NCBI GenBank assembly: GCA_963422645.2
Contig: CAXXVO010000008.1
Location: forward strand, 256,001 to 320,000
Direction: 5' to 3'
From: Alphaproteobacteria bacterium
Lineage (GTDB): Bacteria; Pseudomonadota; Alphaproteobacteria; UBA828
DNA: 64,000 nt
Notes under the pieces: generated by a model
The model's input: the letters and a program-made list of their open reading frames with translations, nothing else
Told to the model about the DNA's origin: nothing
Databases searched by the model: none
Position numbers and translations under genes: made by a program
Shown: positions 62,821 to 64,000 of the stretch, in pieces
Layout of the letters: each line of letters begins with the position of its first letter
Numbering within the stretch: the stretch's first letter is position 1

Positions 62821-63672
62821 TCAGCGCGCCAGCGGCGCGCTGGTGTCGAGCGCGGCAAGCTCGGTCGGGGTCTCGTTCGCCGCTGCGAACTCTTCCTGCG
62901 CTTCCTCGACCCAGGCGTCGAATTCCTCCTGCGACACCGCCTCGATCATGATCGGCATGAAGCCGTGCAACGTGCCGCAGAGCTCCGAGCATTGCCCGTA
63001 ATAGGTGCCCTCGCGGTTGATCTGGAACCAGGTCTCGTTAACGCGGCCGGGCACCGAATCCATCTTCACCCCGAGCGCCGGTATCGCCCAGGAGTGGATA
63101 ACGTCATCGGCCGTTGTCAGCAGCCTGATCTTGGCACCCACCGGCAGCACCACCGCTTCGTCGGTCGCCAGCAGGCGAGGCTGCCCCTCCTCGAGCTCGT
63201 CGTCTTCCAACATCAGCGCGTCGAAGGTGAAGTCGCCGTGATCGGGATACTCATAGGACCAGTACCATTGATGGCCGATTGCCTTGAGCGTCATATCGGC
63301 CTCTTCGACCCTGTCGGTGAAATAGAGGAGCCGGAACGAGGGCACCGAGATGACCAGCAAGATGATCACCGGCACCACGGTCCAGGCCACCTCCAGCATG
63401 GTGTTGTGCGTGGTCTTGGACGGCGTCGGGTTCCGCTTCTTGTTGTAGCGGATCACGATCCACGCCATCAGGCCGAACACGAAGGCCGTGATGATGACGA
63501 TGATGATCGTCACCATGAGGTTGAAATCGACGATGCGCTCCATGGAGGGCGAGAGGGCGGTCTGAAAGTCGACTTCCCAATCGGCCGGCTGCTGCGCCAC
63601 TGCCGATCCGGCAGCGCCGAGTGCGCCGCCAAGTCCGGCGACCAACGCGCCCAGTTTCGCGAGATGCCTCAC
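62821..63672 (-). CDS. coxB: cytochrome c oxidase subunit II
   Basis: GHQWYWSYEY, DVIHSW, CSELCG..HGFMP CuA site. Confidence 0.97.
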   Translation of the reverse strand: MRHLAKLGALVAGLGGALGAAGSAVAQQPADWEVDFQTALSPSMERIVDFNLMVTIIIVIITAFVFGLMAWIVIRYNKKRNPTPSKTTHNTMLEVAWTVVPVIILLVISVPSFRLLYFTDRVEEADMTLKAIGHQWYWSYEYPDHGDFTFDALMLEDDELEEGQPRLLATDEAVVLPVGAKIRLLTTADDVIHSWAIPALGVKMDSVPGRVNETWFQINREGTYYGQCSELCGTLHGFMPIMIEAVSQEEFDAWVEEAQEEFAAANETPTELAALDTSAPLAR

Positions 63673-64000
63673 TACACTCCTCCACTCGCTCGACAAAAAT
63701 CGCCCGACCGCCGCATTCCCGGCGCCACGCCTGCTGATCGCAGGCCTGGACCTCAGGCAGCCCGGACCCCACATACGAGACGAAACGACGCGGCCTTCGA
63801 CGCGCCGCTCACTGCGCACGAGACGCGAGGGTCCTACCATGCACCCCGCCGTTTTTGAAGCCCCTCGTTGACGGCGGGTGGGGCTCTCGCCGATCCTTGG
63901 GGCGTTCAGGATGGACGCCGGGACCCGGCAGCCCCATATGTCGTGTGCCGGACGCGTGACAGGATGCGCGCGCGGTGGCGCGCGACGAGAGAAGGACGAG

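Overview
High-GC alphaproteobacterial chromosome segment (Rhodospirillales-like, inferred from gene order and the 6S RNA). Intact core blocks are metK-trmB-rimP-nusA-ylxR-infB-rbfA-truB-rpsO-pnp, zapA-6S RNA-ygfA-ymdB, the aa3 cytochrome c oxidase operon and tRNA-Arg(ACG). They alternate with heavily rearranged accessory DNA. That DNA holds a nested IS66 element carrying a DNA adenine methylase, with an IS1634 and an unclassified IS inside it. It also holds an IS110 with a candidate bridge RNA, a truncated IS1595, and an IS21 inside a second copy of the unclassified IS. The two most notable items are: (1) three copies of an orphan Tn7-like transposon end (TGTAGCCG plus 23-bp-period repeats), each breaking a different gene, two of them attached to a QueC-like gene and toxin-antitoxin/defence-like cargo; (2) a hypAB-linked ureohydrolase pair with one active and one apparently catalytically dead subunit, resembling metformin hydrolase MfmAB, with unknown substrate. 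All calls come from reading motifs by eye; no searches were run.
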